Below the pieces are notes generated by a model. It saw nothing but the letters and a program-made list of their open reading frames with translations, was not told where the DNA came from and made no database searches. The position numbers were made by a program, and so were the translations under genes. 48,221 nucleotides of DNA from assembly GCA_049967475.1 (NCBI GenBank), contig JBMFSQ010000009.1:1-48221 (forward strand). The letters are read 5' to 3'. This document shows, one piece after another, positions 28,174 to 38,036 of this stretch. The stretch is from Chthonomonadales bacterium (GTDB lineage Bacteria; Armatimonadota; Chthonomonadetes; Chthonomonadales; CAJBBX01). Position 1 is the stretch's first letter, and the number at the start of each line of letters is the position of its first letter.

Positions 28174-28581
28174 CTAGCGGCACGCCTCGGGCGGCGACCC
28201 TCCGGCCGCTCGTTCCAGAGCCTCATCTGCGCGACGCGCAAGGATCTCCGTAAGGCGAGGAGACGTTCCGAGGTAATCCGCCAGCCGAAACGACACAGCG
28301 GGATGCCGAGCCGCTGCTGCGCTGAGAAGGTCGGGAAGATCCTCCGCAACGTGGGCGCCCAAATGCAGGAAGTAAGGCACCACCACGACTTCCCGGCACC
28401 CGGCCTCTACACAGCGGCGTATCGCTGCAGGAATGTCGGGCTCGTTGCACTCCAGATAGCCGATCACCACCATTTGGAACTCCGTGGACTGCGCCGCAAC
28501 GGCCTCCGCCGCTTGCCGGACCGGCTCCAAGGCATCCGGAAGAGGACTGCCATGTGCCAGAAGGAGTAGTGCGCGCTTCAT
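28174..28581 (-). CDS. CbiX/SirB-type chelatase domain protein (canonical His ligands)
   Basis: LLLLAHGS, GYLECNEPDI, VVPYFLHLGAHVAEDL. ATG 28581 overlaps the upstream stop. Confidence 0.9.
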   Translation of the reverse strand: MKRALLLLAHGSPLPDALEPVRQAAEAVAAQSTEFQMVVIGYLECNEPDIPAAIRRCVEAGCREVVVVPYFLHLGAHVAEDLPDLLSAAAARHPAVSFRLADYLGTSPRLTEILARRADEALERAAGGSPPEACR

Positions 28582-29081
28582 CGCCCGCTCCCCGCCCCCG
28601 CTTCCGAAGCGCCCACCGGGCAGTAAACGGATCCGTAGAGCGGGCACGCCGGTAGAGCGCGGCAGGCGTCCGGAATGCCCAGGGCTCGTCCCAGCCGATC
28701 CGCTAATGGGGATGCGCCGCGGGCCAATTCCAATACGGCATCGGCGATGAGGCCGTCAAACCCGATGGGCGCCGCGACTGTAAACTCGACGCCCGTATAT
28801 GCCGCCTTGATCCGATCCAGCGCAGCCGGCAGATCCTGCGTAACGAAGCGCCCAGGAACGAGGAAGTACGGAAGCACCAGAATGCGGCGGGCACCCCGAG
28901 CGACACACCGGTCCACAGCCTGCTCGAACGTGGGCTCGCTGTAATTGAGATATCCGGGCTCAACTGCCACGTAGTGCCCGGTTGCATACAAACGGGCAGC
29001 ATGCGCCTCCAGAGCGCATCCTGCTCCGCATAGAAGCGAACCATGAGAGAAGAGAACTAAAGCCCAAGTATTCTTATCCAT
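28578..29081 (-). CDS. CbiX/SirB-type chelatase domain protein with Cys-rich C-terminus
   Basis: LVLFSHGS, GYLNYSEPTF, LPYFLVPGRFVTQDL; C-terminal CRALPACPLYGSVYCP. Confidence 0.88.
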   Translation of the reverse strand: MDKNTWALVLFSHGSLLCGAGCALEAHAARLYATGHYVAVEPGYLNYSEPTFEQAVDRCVARGARRILVLPYFLVPGRFVTQDLPAALDRIKAAYTGVEFTVAAPIGFDGLIADAVLELARGASPLADRLGRALGIPDACRALPACPLYGSVYCPVGASEAGAGSGR

Positions 29082-29112
29082 CGCCGAGGCTATTGTACCG
29101 CGCTGCGGGCAT

Positions 29113-31617
29113 CTACCCGGCAGTCTTCAATCGCGCGAAGCCGAACAATACGAGAAGCGCCTCCTCCACCGAGACATTCCTCCTCTTGGCCTCTTCCACG
29201 CCCCACCGTACAACCTCCAGCGCGCCGGCATCCGTACCGGATTGTCCCTCTTCGGGCAGCATCCTTTCCAGCAGCCGCAGCGCACCAGAATAGTCGCCTG
29301 CCAGATACTTTTCGAGCATGTGGTCGAACTGCCGCGAACGTCTCCGCGCCCCGAAGTCCTCTCTATTGGTTCCTGGGACCCGCGTCAATCCCCGAAGGAG
29401 TTTGGCGACGGCCTCGTCCCGCGCAAAGTGATCTGCCGTCAACGCAGTGTAGAGCCCTTCGCCCGCCTGAATGATGGTCCCGATAGCGTAAGCGATCTGC
29501 CGCCTGGCTAAGGTGTCGGCGGCCGTTGCGAGCCGGCGCAGGAGCGGGCCGACGGCTTCCCGAGCCCCAAGCGTTCCCAAGGCCACCGAAGCATGCGTGA
29601 GGATCGCAGGATCTTCTTCTTCTTCAACAACCGTAAGCAGAACGGGAACGGCCTCCATGTCGCCCACCTTCCCCAAAGCTCGAATAGCCGAAAGCATCAC
29701 GCAGCGAGGCGTGCCAGACACCAGGTTCATCAGCACGGGAAGGGCGCGTTTATCGCCTGTCTCCCCAAGAGCCGCCACTGCTGCGGATGCCGTATAGCCG
29801 ATCCGTTCCTTAGGAAGGTCTTTCAGATACTGTGTCAGCGCGTCCGCAGCCGATCTCGTCCCTATGCGTCCCAGTGCGCGGGCGGCTGCCACCGCTTCGG
29901 CCTCTCCCCCTTTCTGCAGCATGGCCGCCAGAACCGGCACAGCCCGTTCGTCGCCGATGCGGCCCAAAGCCTCGGCGGCAGCCTCGGTGATGCCGGTCGC
30001 AGGATCGCCGGCGGCTTGGATGAGGGCAGGCACCGCTCGCTCATCTCCCAGTTCGCCTAAGGCAATGGCCGCACGCTCGCGCACGTGAAGGCTTGCGTCG
30101 GTGAGAGCCTCGATCAGTTCATCCAGTGCCAGGACGTTCTTGCCGCCTCCCAGCATCTGGATCGCCTGCCGGCGTTCCGCCTCGTTGCGCGCGCTTTGAA
30201 GCCTGCGGATCGCCAGCAAGGCTCCCATCTGGCTCCCGCTGATATGGGTGAGGGCTTCTCTGGCGGTACTGGCGCCGGGTTCGGACACCGGCCGCAGGGT
30301 CAACAGCGCCAGATAGCGCAGCAGCGAGTTGAGGGCGAAGACGAGTTGGTAATTGCCGATAGGAAGCCCAAGAAACCTCAAATGAACGGGCTCGAGCGCT
30401 GTAACGATGATCCCGCCCACCACGGGAGCCAGCCCGCCGCTGATCGCCGTCACGGCCGAGATTGTGCCGATGTACACAGACTTGCGCTCCGTGGGCGTGG
30501 TACCGATGATAAGGTTGAATTGGGTAAGCCCTACTCCGGCCCAAAAGAAGCCGCCCAGCGCATTGTTGATGAGCAGCAGCACGAGGGTTAGCTGCGGATG
30601 TTCGCGCACACTCACCACCCAGGGCAGCGGAAGCACGCCGGTGCCGAATACCGAGATGGCAAGAAGGGGTTTGGAACCAAACTTATCGCTGAGGTATCCC
30701 CACACCGGCATAGAGGCAAGGCTGGCGAGGCTGGCTACGGCGCCAAGAACCTGGAGCCACACATAGTCCAGCTTGAGAACATCCAAAGCATACACCGTGT
30801 AGAACGGCGCAGCGAAAAACTGGGCCGCGGCGAAGAGCATGCTGAAGATCATGAGGGACCGGAAGCCTGTGTCGGCAAGGGGAGCACGGTAAAACGCCAA
30901 TAAACCCGCCGGACCGACCTCGGAAGATCGCTGCATCGGCGGCTCCGCCTGCTTCAGCAACAAGACGAAGCTTGCGACACCGAACAGGCATGCCAACCCA
31001 AAGAGCGTTCCAAAGCCAATCCACTCCGGCAGAGTGTGCCGCTTTGTTGCGAGATCCAGGAACCATGCGGCGGGAACCGACACCACCATCACCGTGATGC
31101 CCGCGAGCATATTCCGCTTGCCGAAATACCGCCCCCGGTGATCCGGCGGAACAAGATCGCTCATCCACGACATGAAGGCCGGCACCGGAATGCTCAAAAG
31201 AATGCTGGAAAGCGTAAAGAGCACGAAGAACGCAGGCATCCGCAAACCGGGCGGCAGCCACACGGGCACCAACAGGATCGGCAGCCACAGCATCCGCCCC
31301 AAAAGCGAAGACCATGCAGTGAAGAGCTTCCTTTCGCCCCGTTGTTCCACGATATAGGAGGACACGAGCTGAACGAGCCCGGCCAGCGTCGGAATGGCGC
31401 CCAGAACCCCCATCCAGAAATTGCTTGCCCCCAACCACAAGGCAAATCCCGTTTGGAACGCGCCCGACGTGAGCGTGAAGTGCGCCGTCGAGGTAACCGC
31501 CTCCCAATTGGAGATGCGCAGTGCACGAAGCACCTCCAAGCGGTTCAATTCTGGAGGACGGGCGTCGGACTGCCGCACGGGATCCGTTGCTGGTGGCTGT
31601 TGGTTCTTTTGACGCAT
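29113..31617 (-). CDS. MFS transporter fused to HEAT/PBS-lyase repeats
   Basis: About 12 TM helices with WMSDLVPPDHRGRYFG and WGYLSDKFGSK loops; C-terminal repeats ALGELGDERAVPAL / ALGRIGDERAVPVL. Confidence 0.9.
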   Translation of the reverse strand: MRQKNQQPPATDPVRQSDARPPELNRLEVLRALRISNWEAVTSTAHFTLTSGAFQTGFALWLGASNFWMGVLGAIPTLAGLVQLVSSYIVEQRGERKLFTAWSSLLGRMLWLPILLVPVWLPPGLRMPAFFVLFTLSSILLSIPVPAFMSWMSDLVPPDHRGRYFGKRNMLAGITVMVVSVPAAWFLDLATKRHTLPEWIGFGTLFGLACLFGVASFVLLLKQAEPPMQRSSEVGPAGLLAFYRAPLADTGFRSLMIFSMLFAAAQFFAAPFYTVYALDVLKLDYVWLQVLGAVASLASLASMPVWGYLSDKFGSKPLLAISVFGTGVLPLPWVVSVREHPQLTLVLLLINNALGGFFWAGVGLTQFNLIIGTTPTERKSVYIGTISAVTAISGGLAPVVGGIIVTALEPVHLRFLGLPIGNYQLVFALNSLLRYLALLTLRPVSEPGASTAREALTHISGSQMGALLAIRRLQSARNEAERRQAIQMLGGGKNVLALDELIEALTDASLHVRERAAIALGELGDERAVPALIQAAGDPATGITEAAAEALGRIGDERAVPVLAAMLQKGGEAEAVAAARALGRIGTRSAADALTQYLKDLPKERIGYTASAAVAALGETGDKRALPVLMNLVSGTPRCVMLSAIRALGKVGDMEAVPVLLTVVEEEEDPAILTHASVALGTLGAREAVGPLLRRLATAADTLARRQIAYAIGTIIQAGEGLYTALTADHFARDEAVAKLLRGLTRVPGTNREDFGARRRSRQFDHMLEKYLAGDYSGALRLLERMLPEEGQSGTDAGALEVVRWGVEEAKRRNVSVEEALLVLFGFARLKTAG

Positions 31618-32257
31618 ACCCGCGATACGAAAGTGCTACCAGACCGCTACTGTGCCCTCAAAGCAGAAAAGCACGGGTTCAAAGGCTTGGATTCGCTCCG
31701 CCCTACGCACCGTTTAACCGGAAGCCCAACGGCCGCCCAATCTGTTCAGCAGGATCCGCACTTCGGCGTGTGGGACTGCGCCGGGATAGCCTGGGCATCT
31801 TGCCACTGTTCGCAGAAACCACCTACAGCGCTGCCTCCACACTCGCCGAGGTCTCGCAGAACGGCTGCACGCCCGCCGATGGCGCCGGCCTCCATCGGCC
31901 CCCGCCGGTTCGCCCTTGCGTGGCACCCGGGCAATGCGTTCAGCCGCTCCGACCCTGGCAGCGATGCCGAACCTACCCTATGCGCTGCACGAGGGCCACA
32001 CGGCGAACAGCATCGCATCCTGCCGCTCGAAGCCCGCGTGGGGTTTTTGTCGTGAGAAGGTATCCTTAGATGGATCGGCGCTTCATTTGTACCTAAGCTT
32101 TGAGTGAGTGTAGCACACCCGTAAAGCAGGAGATGCCGTGCGGCGTATCGAAGTTGTTACCGAGCAAGCGGGTCTTGGCTGCACCACCGGCAGGGACCAT
32201 TCCGCGCGTCCCTGCGTTCCAGCATAGGGGTTTCGGCCGTGCCGAAGGAGTGAGGGG

Positions 32258-33733
32258 ATGAAAAGGATCAACAAGATTGTGCTCGTCGAGCCGCGAGCGC
32301 CGGGGTACCACGTTTACAGCCGCGTGAAACTCCCACGGCTCGGATTGCCTATGTTGTCGGCAATGTTGCGGCGGGCCGGCTACACCGATATCACCATCTA
32401 TTGCGAAGATCTGGCCCCGATAGATCTCGAGGATGTCTGCCGAGCCGACTTCGTAGGCATCTCGACCACAACCTCCACCTCCCTTGCTGCGTACCGGCTG
32501 GGGAGCCTCGTGAAACACCGGAATCCAAGAGCCATTGTCGCAATCGGCGGCGTTCATGTAACGTTCATGCCCGACGAGCCCTTCGACAGCGAATTCTGTC
32601 GCCGCTTCGGTATCGAGATGCCGGTTTGCGACCACGTCATTCGAGGAGAAGCGGAAGCACTCATCGTGCCGCTCATGCAGGCCCTGGAGGAAGGCGAGGA
32701 AGTGGAGCCCATCATCGGGACCCGCCTACGAGACAATTTCGCTCAGAAGATTGATGCCAGCCGCACAATCCAGGACATCAGCGATCTTCCGTTTCCGGAT
32801 CTTACCTCAATTGTGGGGCATGAGCGCATGCATATTGCGCCCATAGTCACTTCGCGCGGATGCCCCTTCGACTGCACCTTCTGTTCCGTCATCGAGATGT
32901 TTGGCCAGCGTATGCGGTACCGGCCGGTAGACGTAGATGACCCGCGCAGCGTGATCGCCGAAATGAAGCAGATGCACGCCCAAAACATGAGCAGCGTCTT
33001 TTTCTACGACGACAACTTCAATGCGAACCGCAAGCGCACGAAGATGTTGCTGGAGAATATGCTCCGCGCGAACGTTGTGCCGAGGGCGTGGACGGCGCAG
33101 GTGCGCGCCGGCGAAGTCGTGAAGGATCGCGAGCTGTTGCAGCTCATGCGGCGAACCAACTGCATGATGCTGTACCTGGGCTTCGAATCCATCAATCCCG
33201 AAACCCTCCACGAATTCAACAAGCGCCAGAACGTTGAGGAGATTATCGAAGCCATTCGCATCCTGAAGGAATACGGCATCCGGGCCCACGGGATGTTCGT
33301 GTTCGGTGCCGACGGCGACACGGTCGCATCCCTGAGAGCCACTGCCGACTTCGCCATCAAGAACGACATCAGCACCGTACAGTTCATGATCCTGACACCC
33401 CTCCCTGGAACCCGGTACTTCGAATGGCTCCACAAAGACGGGCGCATCTTCGATTACAATTGGAGCCTCTACGACGCCCACCACACCGTTTTCTATCCCA
33501 AGAACATGACCCCCTATGAACTGCAGGTGGAAACGTTCGAGGCCATGAAGAAGGTTTACCGCCTTTCCAGGGCGGCATGGGCCACCCTCCAGGGCAACTA
33601 CCTTACGGGCTTCTTCCGCTTGTACGGCCATAACCTTATCCGCGCCCACCTCAAACGGACGCGCGACTATGTAAACACTCTGCCGAGAACCCTTGCACCC
33701 CTGGCGCCTGCGGCGACCCCCATACCTGCCTGA
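32258..33733 (+). CDS. B12-binding radical SAM protein (class B methylase/BchE-like)
   Basis: LPRLGL, FVGIS, GGVHVT, IRGEAE cobalamin domain; TSRGCPFDCTFC; FYDDNF, GFES, LTPLPGT. Confidence 0.93.
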   Translation: MKRINKIVLVEPRAPGYHVYSRVKLPRLGLPMLSAMLRRAGYTDITIYCEDLAPIDLEDVCRADFVGISTTTSTSLAAYRLGSLVKHRNPRAIVAIGGVHVTFMPDEPFDSEFCRRFGIEMPVCDHVIRGEAEALIVPLMQALEEGEEVEPIIGTRLRDNFAQKIDASRTIQDISDLPFPDLTSIVGHERMHIAPIVTSRGCPFDCTFCSVIEMFGQRMRYRPVDVDDPRSVIAEMKQMHAQNMSSVFFYDDNFNANRKRTKMLLENMLRANVVPRAWTAQVRAGEVVKDRELLQLMRRTNCMMLYLGFESINPETLHEFNKRQNVEEIIEAIRILKEYGIRAHGMFVFGADGDTVASLRATADFAIKNDISTVQFMILTPLPGTRYFEWLHKDGRIFDYNWSLYDAHHTVFYPKNMTPYELQVETFEAMKKVYRLSRAAWATLQGNYLTGFFRLYGHNLIRAHLKRTRDYVNTLPRTLAPLAPAATPIPA

Positions 33734-33835
33734 CGCACCAACCCGCGCATCAGGCCTTTGTGGGTGCAGGCCCGGTGAGCAGCCTGCCTCCGGCGTTCTT
33801 TGCCGGGCGCTGTGCAAACACAAGGAGTGTACGTC

Positions 33836-34549
33836 ATGCCCGTACCCGTGCTCCTGCAAAGCCATCAAGGCGAGGCGGTTTATGCCGGCGTCAAGTACCG
33901 CATCATGGGGGAGCTTGTGCCCGTTCTTCACATAGAGCTGGCCGCCATGCCCGTCTACTTCGAGCATCATATCCTTCTCTGGAAAAATCCTAGCGTGGAG
34001 ATCGGCATCAAACCACTCAAGGGCGCCTTCAAACGCGTGCTGGCCGGGATGCCCATCTTCATGACCCAGGCCCGCGGGCCCGGCGGCCTCGCATTCAGCC
34101 GGGACGGCGTAGGCCACGTATTCGCCGTACCATTCCAAGCCGGCCAGTCGCTGGACGTGCGCGAGCACCAATTCCTTGCCGCAACGGACAATCTGGATTA
34201 CTCTTTCGCATGGGTGAAAGGGGTGCGCAATGTGCTCATGGGCGGCACTGGGCTCTTCGTGGACACCTTCACCTGCATGAGCGGATCGGGCATCCTGTGG
34301 CTTCACGGTTACGGGAATGTGTTCGAAGTGGCTCTACAGCCGGGCGAGCAGATAGACGTGGAGCCAGGCGGATGGATCTACAAGGACCGAACGGTTCAGA
34401 TGGATACCCAGTGGCAGGGTCTGAGAACCGGCTTCTTCGCCAGCAGCGGTCAACTGTTTTGGAACCGCTTCACAGGCCCGGGCCGCGTGGGCATCCAGTC
34501 CATGTATCTTACGCTGGACGGCACTGCCAGGGCCGCAGACAACTCTTAA
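33836..34549 (+). CDS. AIM24 (DUF124) family protein
   Basis: AAGGAG RBS; LKGAFKRVLAGMPIFM, GGTGLFVDTF, GILWLHGYG, FTGPGRVGIQS. Confidence 0.88.
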   Translation: MPVPVLLQSHQGEAVYAGVKYRIMGELVPVLHIELAAMPVYFEHHILLWKNPSVEIGIKPLKGAFKRVLAGMPIFMTQARGPGGLAFSRDGVGHVFAVPFQAGQSLDVREHQFLAATDNLDYSFAWVKGVRNVLMGGTGLFVDTFTCMSGSGILWLHGYGNVFEVALQPGEQIDVEPGGWIYKDRTVQMDTQWQGLRTGFFASSGQLFWNRFTGPGRVGIQSMYLTLDGTARAADNS

Positions 34550-34744
34550 CCCGCGCCATGCTCAGCTCCTGCGTGTGAGCAAAGCCGCTGCCGCCCACCC
34601 ACGCGAACCCAACGGAACACAGTTCGGCAGCAGAAAGATTGGGGCCATGACCGGACCGCCGATGCGGGATTTGCCAGCGCCGCTCAATCCACGCATAGAA
34701 TGCGTTGCCATCGCTGCCGGCACATGGTTGAGGAGGTGTCGGGA

Positions 34745-37700
34745 ATGCTCCTTGCTGCACTCCTCTTGATGCCGATGCAAACAACCGCTCCGTCCGCTCA
34801 ACCCGGATCTCCCACGGATATGGCTTCATTCGCTATCCCGATCGAAGATGGCCTGCAATGGGAAGATCCCCGGGAGGTGCATCGGGTGGAAGTAACCCTC
34901 AACCGAACACCCGTAGATCCGCGCCAAATTCGGCTTCAATACTGGCCCAGCCGATGGCCGGATCAGCGTCTGCCCAAGGACCGCCGGCCGGGAGGCGGTG
35001 ACGTAGGATGGTGGGAACTGGGCAATTGGTACACAGGGGAGTGGCGCACGGCGGACACGGAGGTTCAGTCCCAAGCTTCCCGCTTCATCTTTACGTTCCG
35101 GCCTATCAACGAGGCGGAGCGGCCCGATCTGAAAGACTTCCAGGCCCGGTACCGCACTACCCTGAAGCTTCGCGTGCTAACATCCGAGCCCAACCTCCGC
35201 GTAGCGGCTATCGCAGCGTTCACCGACAGCATCTGGCAGCAACGCTCAGCCCGCATCGTGTGGAAACGCCCTCCGCGCAAGGCCCCCCGTGTGCAAGCCT
35301 TCAATGGGCATATCCGGTCCGTGCAATTCCGTAACGGCGCCACCGCTATTGAGTTTCTCGCTGCCGATAACCCGGATCCAAATTCCTTCGACCGCACACT
35401 CATCACCGTAAACTGGTCCGGACACTGCTGCACGTTCGACCCTGCAGATCTGGAAGCCGGGCCCCTTGTGGTAAAGCCGCTGGGGATTGCGCTCCTTCGC
35501 GCGGACGACGGCCGCTCCTACACACAGGCTGAAGGATCGGGCACGGGAAAAACCCTCTACGACCGCGTGAAAGACTTGCCGGAACAAACATGGCAAGGTG
35601 CATGGGCCGGGATGCCGCCGAAAAGGCGCCCCATCATCATTCCCATGGGGCTGGACGGAGGGCGCCAGCGCTTCAGCCAAGATGCCTCGGGAGCCATCGA
35701 GTTTCGTACGAACGACGGTTATTTGTACGCCCGCCCCGGCTCCGACACCCCTCGCCTCAGGTTGGAAGAAGCCCCGGTTCGCGTCTCGTTTGGGCTTCCG
35801 GAACGACCAGCTTCCCGAACCCTCATGGAGGGTACCCTGCCCATCGTGACCACTGAGTGGCAAGCAAACGGGGTCCACATACTTCAGGAGAGCTTCGTCA
35901 TCCCCGTCGGCGGATGGCGTTCGTACGCCACCCCGCCGCCTCCGGACATCCCCACGACATGGGTAGCAAGGTTTACCTTCACCAATCCTTCGGCAACAGC
36001 ACTGCGGATAGCGCTTCCCATCCGCATGCATACCGCGTCGCACGAAGCCCCTTTGCGCCCCGACGGCCGTGTTCTGAGGTCCGGCGCATTTCCGCGCATC
36101 GTTTTCTGCGGGCAAGCGCCAAACGAGGGGCCTTGGGAGATCCCGTGGCAGCGCCTCCTTGAGCCGGGAAGGACTGCGCGCGTCACGATTGCAGTTCCCT
36201 ACCTTGTGCCCACCGAGGAAGAGCTTCGTTGGCTCGTCGGTCTCGACTTTGACAAGGCTCTCGAGGACGTTGCCGCTTATTGGAGGCTTCGGGAAGACGC
36301 ATCGGCCCAGCTCGTCACTCCGGAACCCATGCTGAACGCCTTCTATCGCGCCCACGCGATGCACCTCTTGGTGAACTGCGAGGGCGACCCGGCAGAGCAC
36401 CGGCGCTTCGCGCGCGTGGGTTCGTTTCACTACGGCGTTTATGGTAACGAGGCCTGCATGATGGTAGCGGATCTGGACCGTCGCGGCTACCACCAGGAAG
36501 CGGAAGAGTGTCTGGACACGTGGTTCCAATACCAATCCACGGAACCCCTCCCCGGAGACTTTAGTTCCAAAGAAGGCGTTCTGTACGGAGCCGGCGGATA
36601 CGAGGCGGGCGGGTACAACCAGCATCATGGGTGGATCCTGTGGTGCATCGTGGAGCATTACCGCTTCACGCGAAACCGGAAATGGCTCGAACAGGCGGCG
36701 CCGGCCATTGTTCGCGCTGCGGATTGGATCATCCGGGAACGCCGGCGGACGCTCGGCCGAAACGACATCGCTCGTGGACTGCTGCCGGCTGGGAGCCTGG
36801 AAGACATCGGCGATTGGTGGCCGTGGCTGTCCACGAACTGTTACTCCTGGCGCGGGCTCGATGCAGCAGCCTGGGCTCTGGAGCAGCTCGGCCACCCCCA
36901 TGCTCGCAAGGTGCGTGCCGAGGCAGAGGCCTATCGAAGGGCCATCCTAGCGCGCTTTCGCCAGGCCATGGAGCGGTCCCCCGTTGTGCGCCTAAGAGAC
37001 GGGTCCGCCGTTCCCCACATCCCCTCCCAACCCTACCGCAGAGGTCGAAGCTTCGGCTGGATCTGCGAAACGCTGGAAGGCGCGATCCATCTCCTTATCA
37101 CCGGCATCCTGCCGCCCGGAGCCCCAGAAGCAGAATGGATCCTGAAGGATTACGAGGACAACCTGTTCCTCTCCCATCAGTACGGATACACCCTGCCGGA
37201 TTTCGAACAGTTCTGGTTCGGCCGCGGCGGCATGAGTATGCAAGCGTGTCTTCTTCTAGACGCGGAACCTTATCTCTACCGCGATGATGTAAAGAATGCC
37301 CTCCGGGCGATCTTCAACGCCATCGCCGTAGGTTACTTTCCCGATGCCCAGATGCTTACCGAACACGCTCTGCCCGAAATGGGAGATTGGCGCGGGGACC
37401 ACTATAAAACGTCGGACGAAGCCAATGCCTGCGGATGGCTTCGATCCTTGTTCATCCGAGAGGACGGCGAGGATTTGCTGGTGGGCCAGGCCGTCCCTTC
37501 GGCATGGCTCCAACCTGGGAACATCTGCGGCATCGAGCGGGGAGCCACGCACTTCGGGGAGGTAAGTGTCCGGTATGTGTCCAGCCCCCATTGGGTGCGG
37601 TGCCTGTTGCAGGGGCCTCGGCGAAACCCTCCGCGGCGCATCCGGGTGCGCTTCCGCCGCACGGAAGGCACAGCGCCACGAAGCGTAACCGTCAACGGGA

Positions 37701-37780
37701 TGCACTGGATGCACACCCACGCCGACTGGGTGGAACTTCCTGGCGACGTAGGCAATGTGGAGATCCGCGCGGAATACTAG
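34745..37780 (+). CDS. large secreted six-hairpin glycosidase-like protein
   Basis: GAGGAGG RBS, signal peptide. C-terminal helical barrel pattern (LDRRGYHQEAEECL, HGWILW..VEHYRFTRNRKWL, AADWI, GLLPAGSLED) followed by a beta-sandwich (VPSAWL, THFGEVS). Family not assignable by eye. Confidence 0.65.
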   Translation: MLLAALLLMPMQTTAPSAQPGSPTDMASFAIPIEDGLQWEDPREVHRVEVTLNRTPVDPRQIRLQYWPSRWPDQRLPKDRRPGGGDVGWWELGNWYTGEWRTADTEVQSQASRFIFTFRPINEAERPDLKDFQARYRTTLKLRVLTSEPNLRVAAIAAFTDSIWQQRSARIVWKRPPRKAPRVQAFNGHIRSVQFRNGATAIEFLAADNPDPNSFDRTLITVNWSGHCCTFDPADLEAGPLVVKPLGIALLRADDGRSYTQAEGSGTGKTLYDRVKDLPEQTWQGAWAGMPPKRRPIIIPMGLDGGRQRFSQDASGAIEFRTNDGYLYARPGSDTPRLRLEEAPVRVSFGLPERPASRTLMEGTLPIVTTEWQANGVHILQESFVIPVGGWRSYATPPPPDIPTTWVARFTFTNPSATALRIALPIRMHTASHEAPLRPDGRVLRSGAFPRIVFCGQAPNEGPWEIPWQRLLEPGRTARVTIAVPYLVPTEEELRWLVGLDFDKALEDVAAYWRLREDASAQLVTPEPMLNAFYRAHAMHLLVNCEGDPAEHRRFARVGSFHYGVYGNEACMMVADLDRRGYHQEAEECLDTWFQYQSTEPLPGDFSSKEGVLYGAGGYEAGGYNQHHGWILWCIVEHYRFTRNRKWLEQAAPAIVRAADWIIRERRRTLGRNDIARGLLPAGSLEDIGDWWPWLSTNCYSWRGLDAAAWALEQLGHPHARKVRAEAEAYRRAILARFRQAMERSPVVRLRDGSAVPHIPSQPYRRGRSFGWICETLEGAIHLLITGILPPGAPEAEWILKDYEDNLFLSHQYGYTLPDFEQFWFGRGGMSMQACLLLDAEPYLYRDDVKNALRAIFNAIAVGYFPDAQMLTEHALPEMGDWRGDHYKTSDEANACGWLRSLFIREDGEDLLVGQAVPSAWLQPGNICGIERGATHFGEVSVRYVSSPHWVRCLLQGPRRNPPRRIRVRFRRTEGTAPRSVTVNGMHWMHTHADWVELPGDVGNVEIRAEY

Positions 37781-38036
37781 GCTGGAAATCCCGCCCTCCG
37801 CAGAGGCACCGCCTGCGCGCATGCTTGCACAAAACACGGAGATTGGGTGCACCTGCTGCCTGTTGCCGCCCGTTCCGAGCAGGCCGATTGCCCCAACCGC
37901 TAGGGAACGGCGCGTTGAGCATTCTGGGAGCGCGCTCGGTTGTCGGCGCGGAATGCGGTCTCCGGGGGCCGGCCTACGGCGTTCCCCTGAAGTGGGATGC
38001 CGTTTCGCCGCGTGCACGTAGACAGGAGGAGTTCAC

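Noticed and set aside
31800..32140. Cobalamin riboswitch fragments (GCCACTG, AGCAGGAGA) upstream of B12 radical SAM
   Set aside because: Fragments are about 300 nt apart and the GGGAA/GGTGxAAxTCC core is missing.
13799..36901. Long antisense ORFs (e.g. 13799..15061, 22696..23817, 32807..34306, 35246..36901)
   Set aside because: They overlap well-supported genes on the opposite strand and carry no motifs; expected in GC-rich DNA.
37845..37910. TPP riboswitch-like GGGTGC...TAGGGAA
   Set aside because: No CTGAGA or ACCTG core in the correct order; the downstream gene is unrelated to thiamine.
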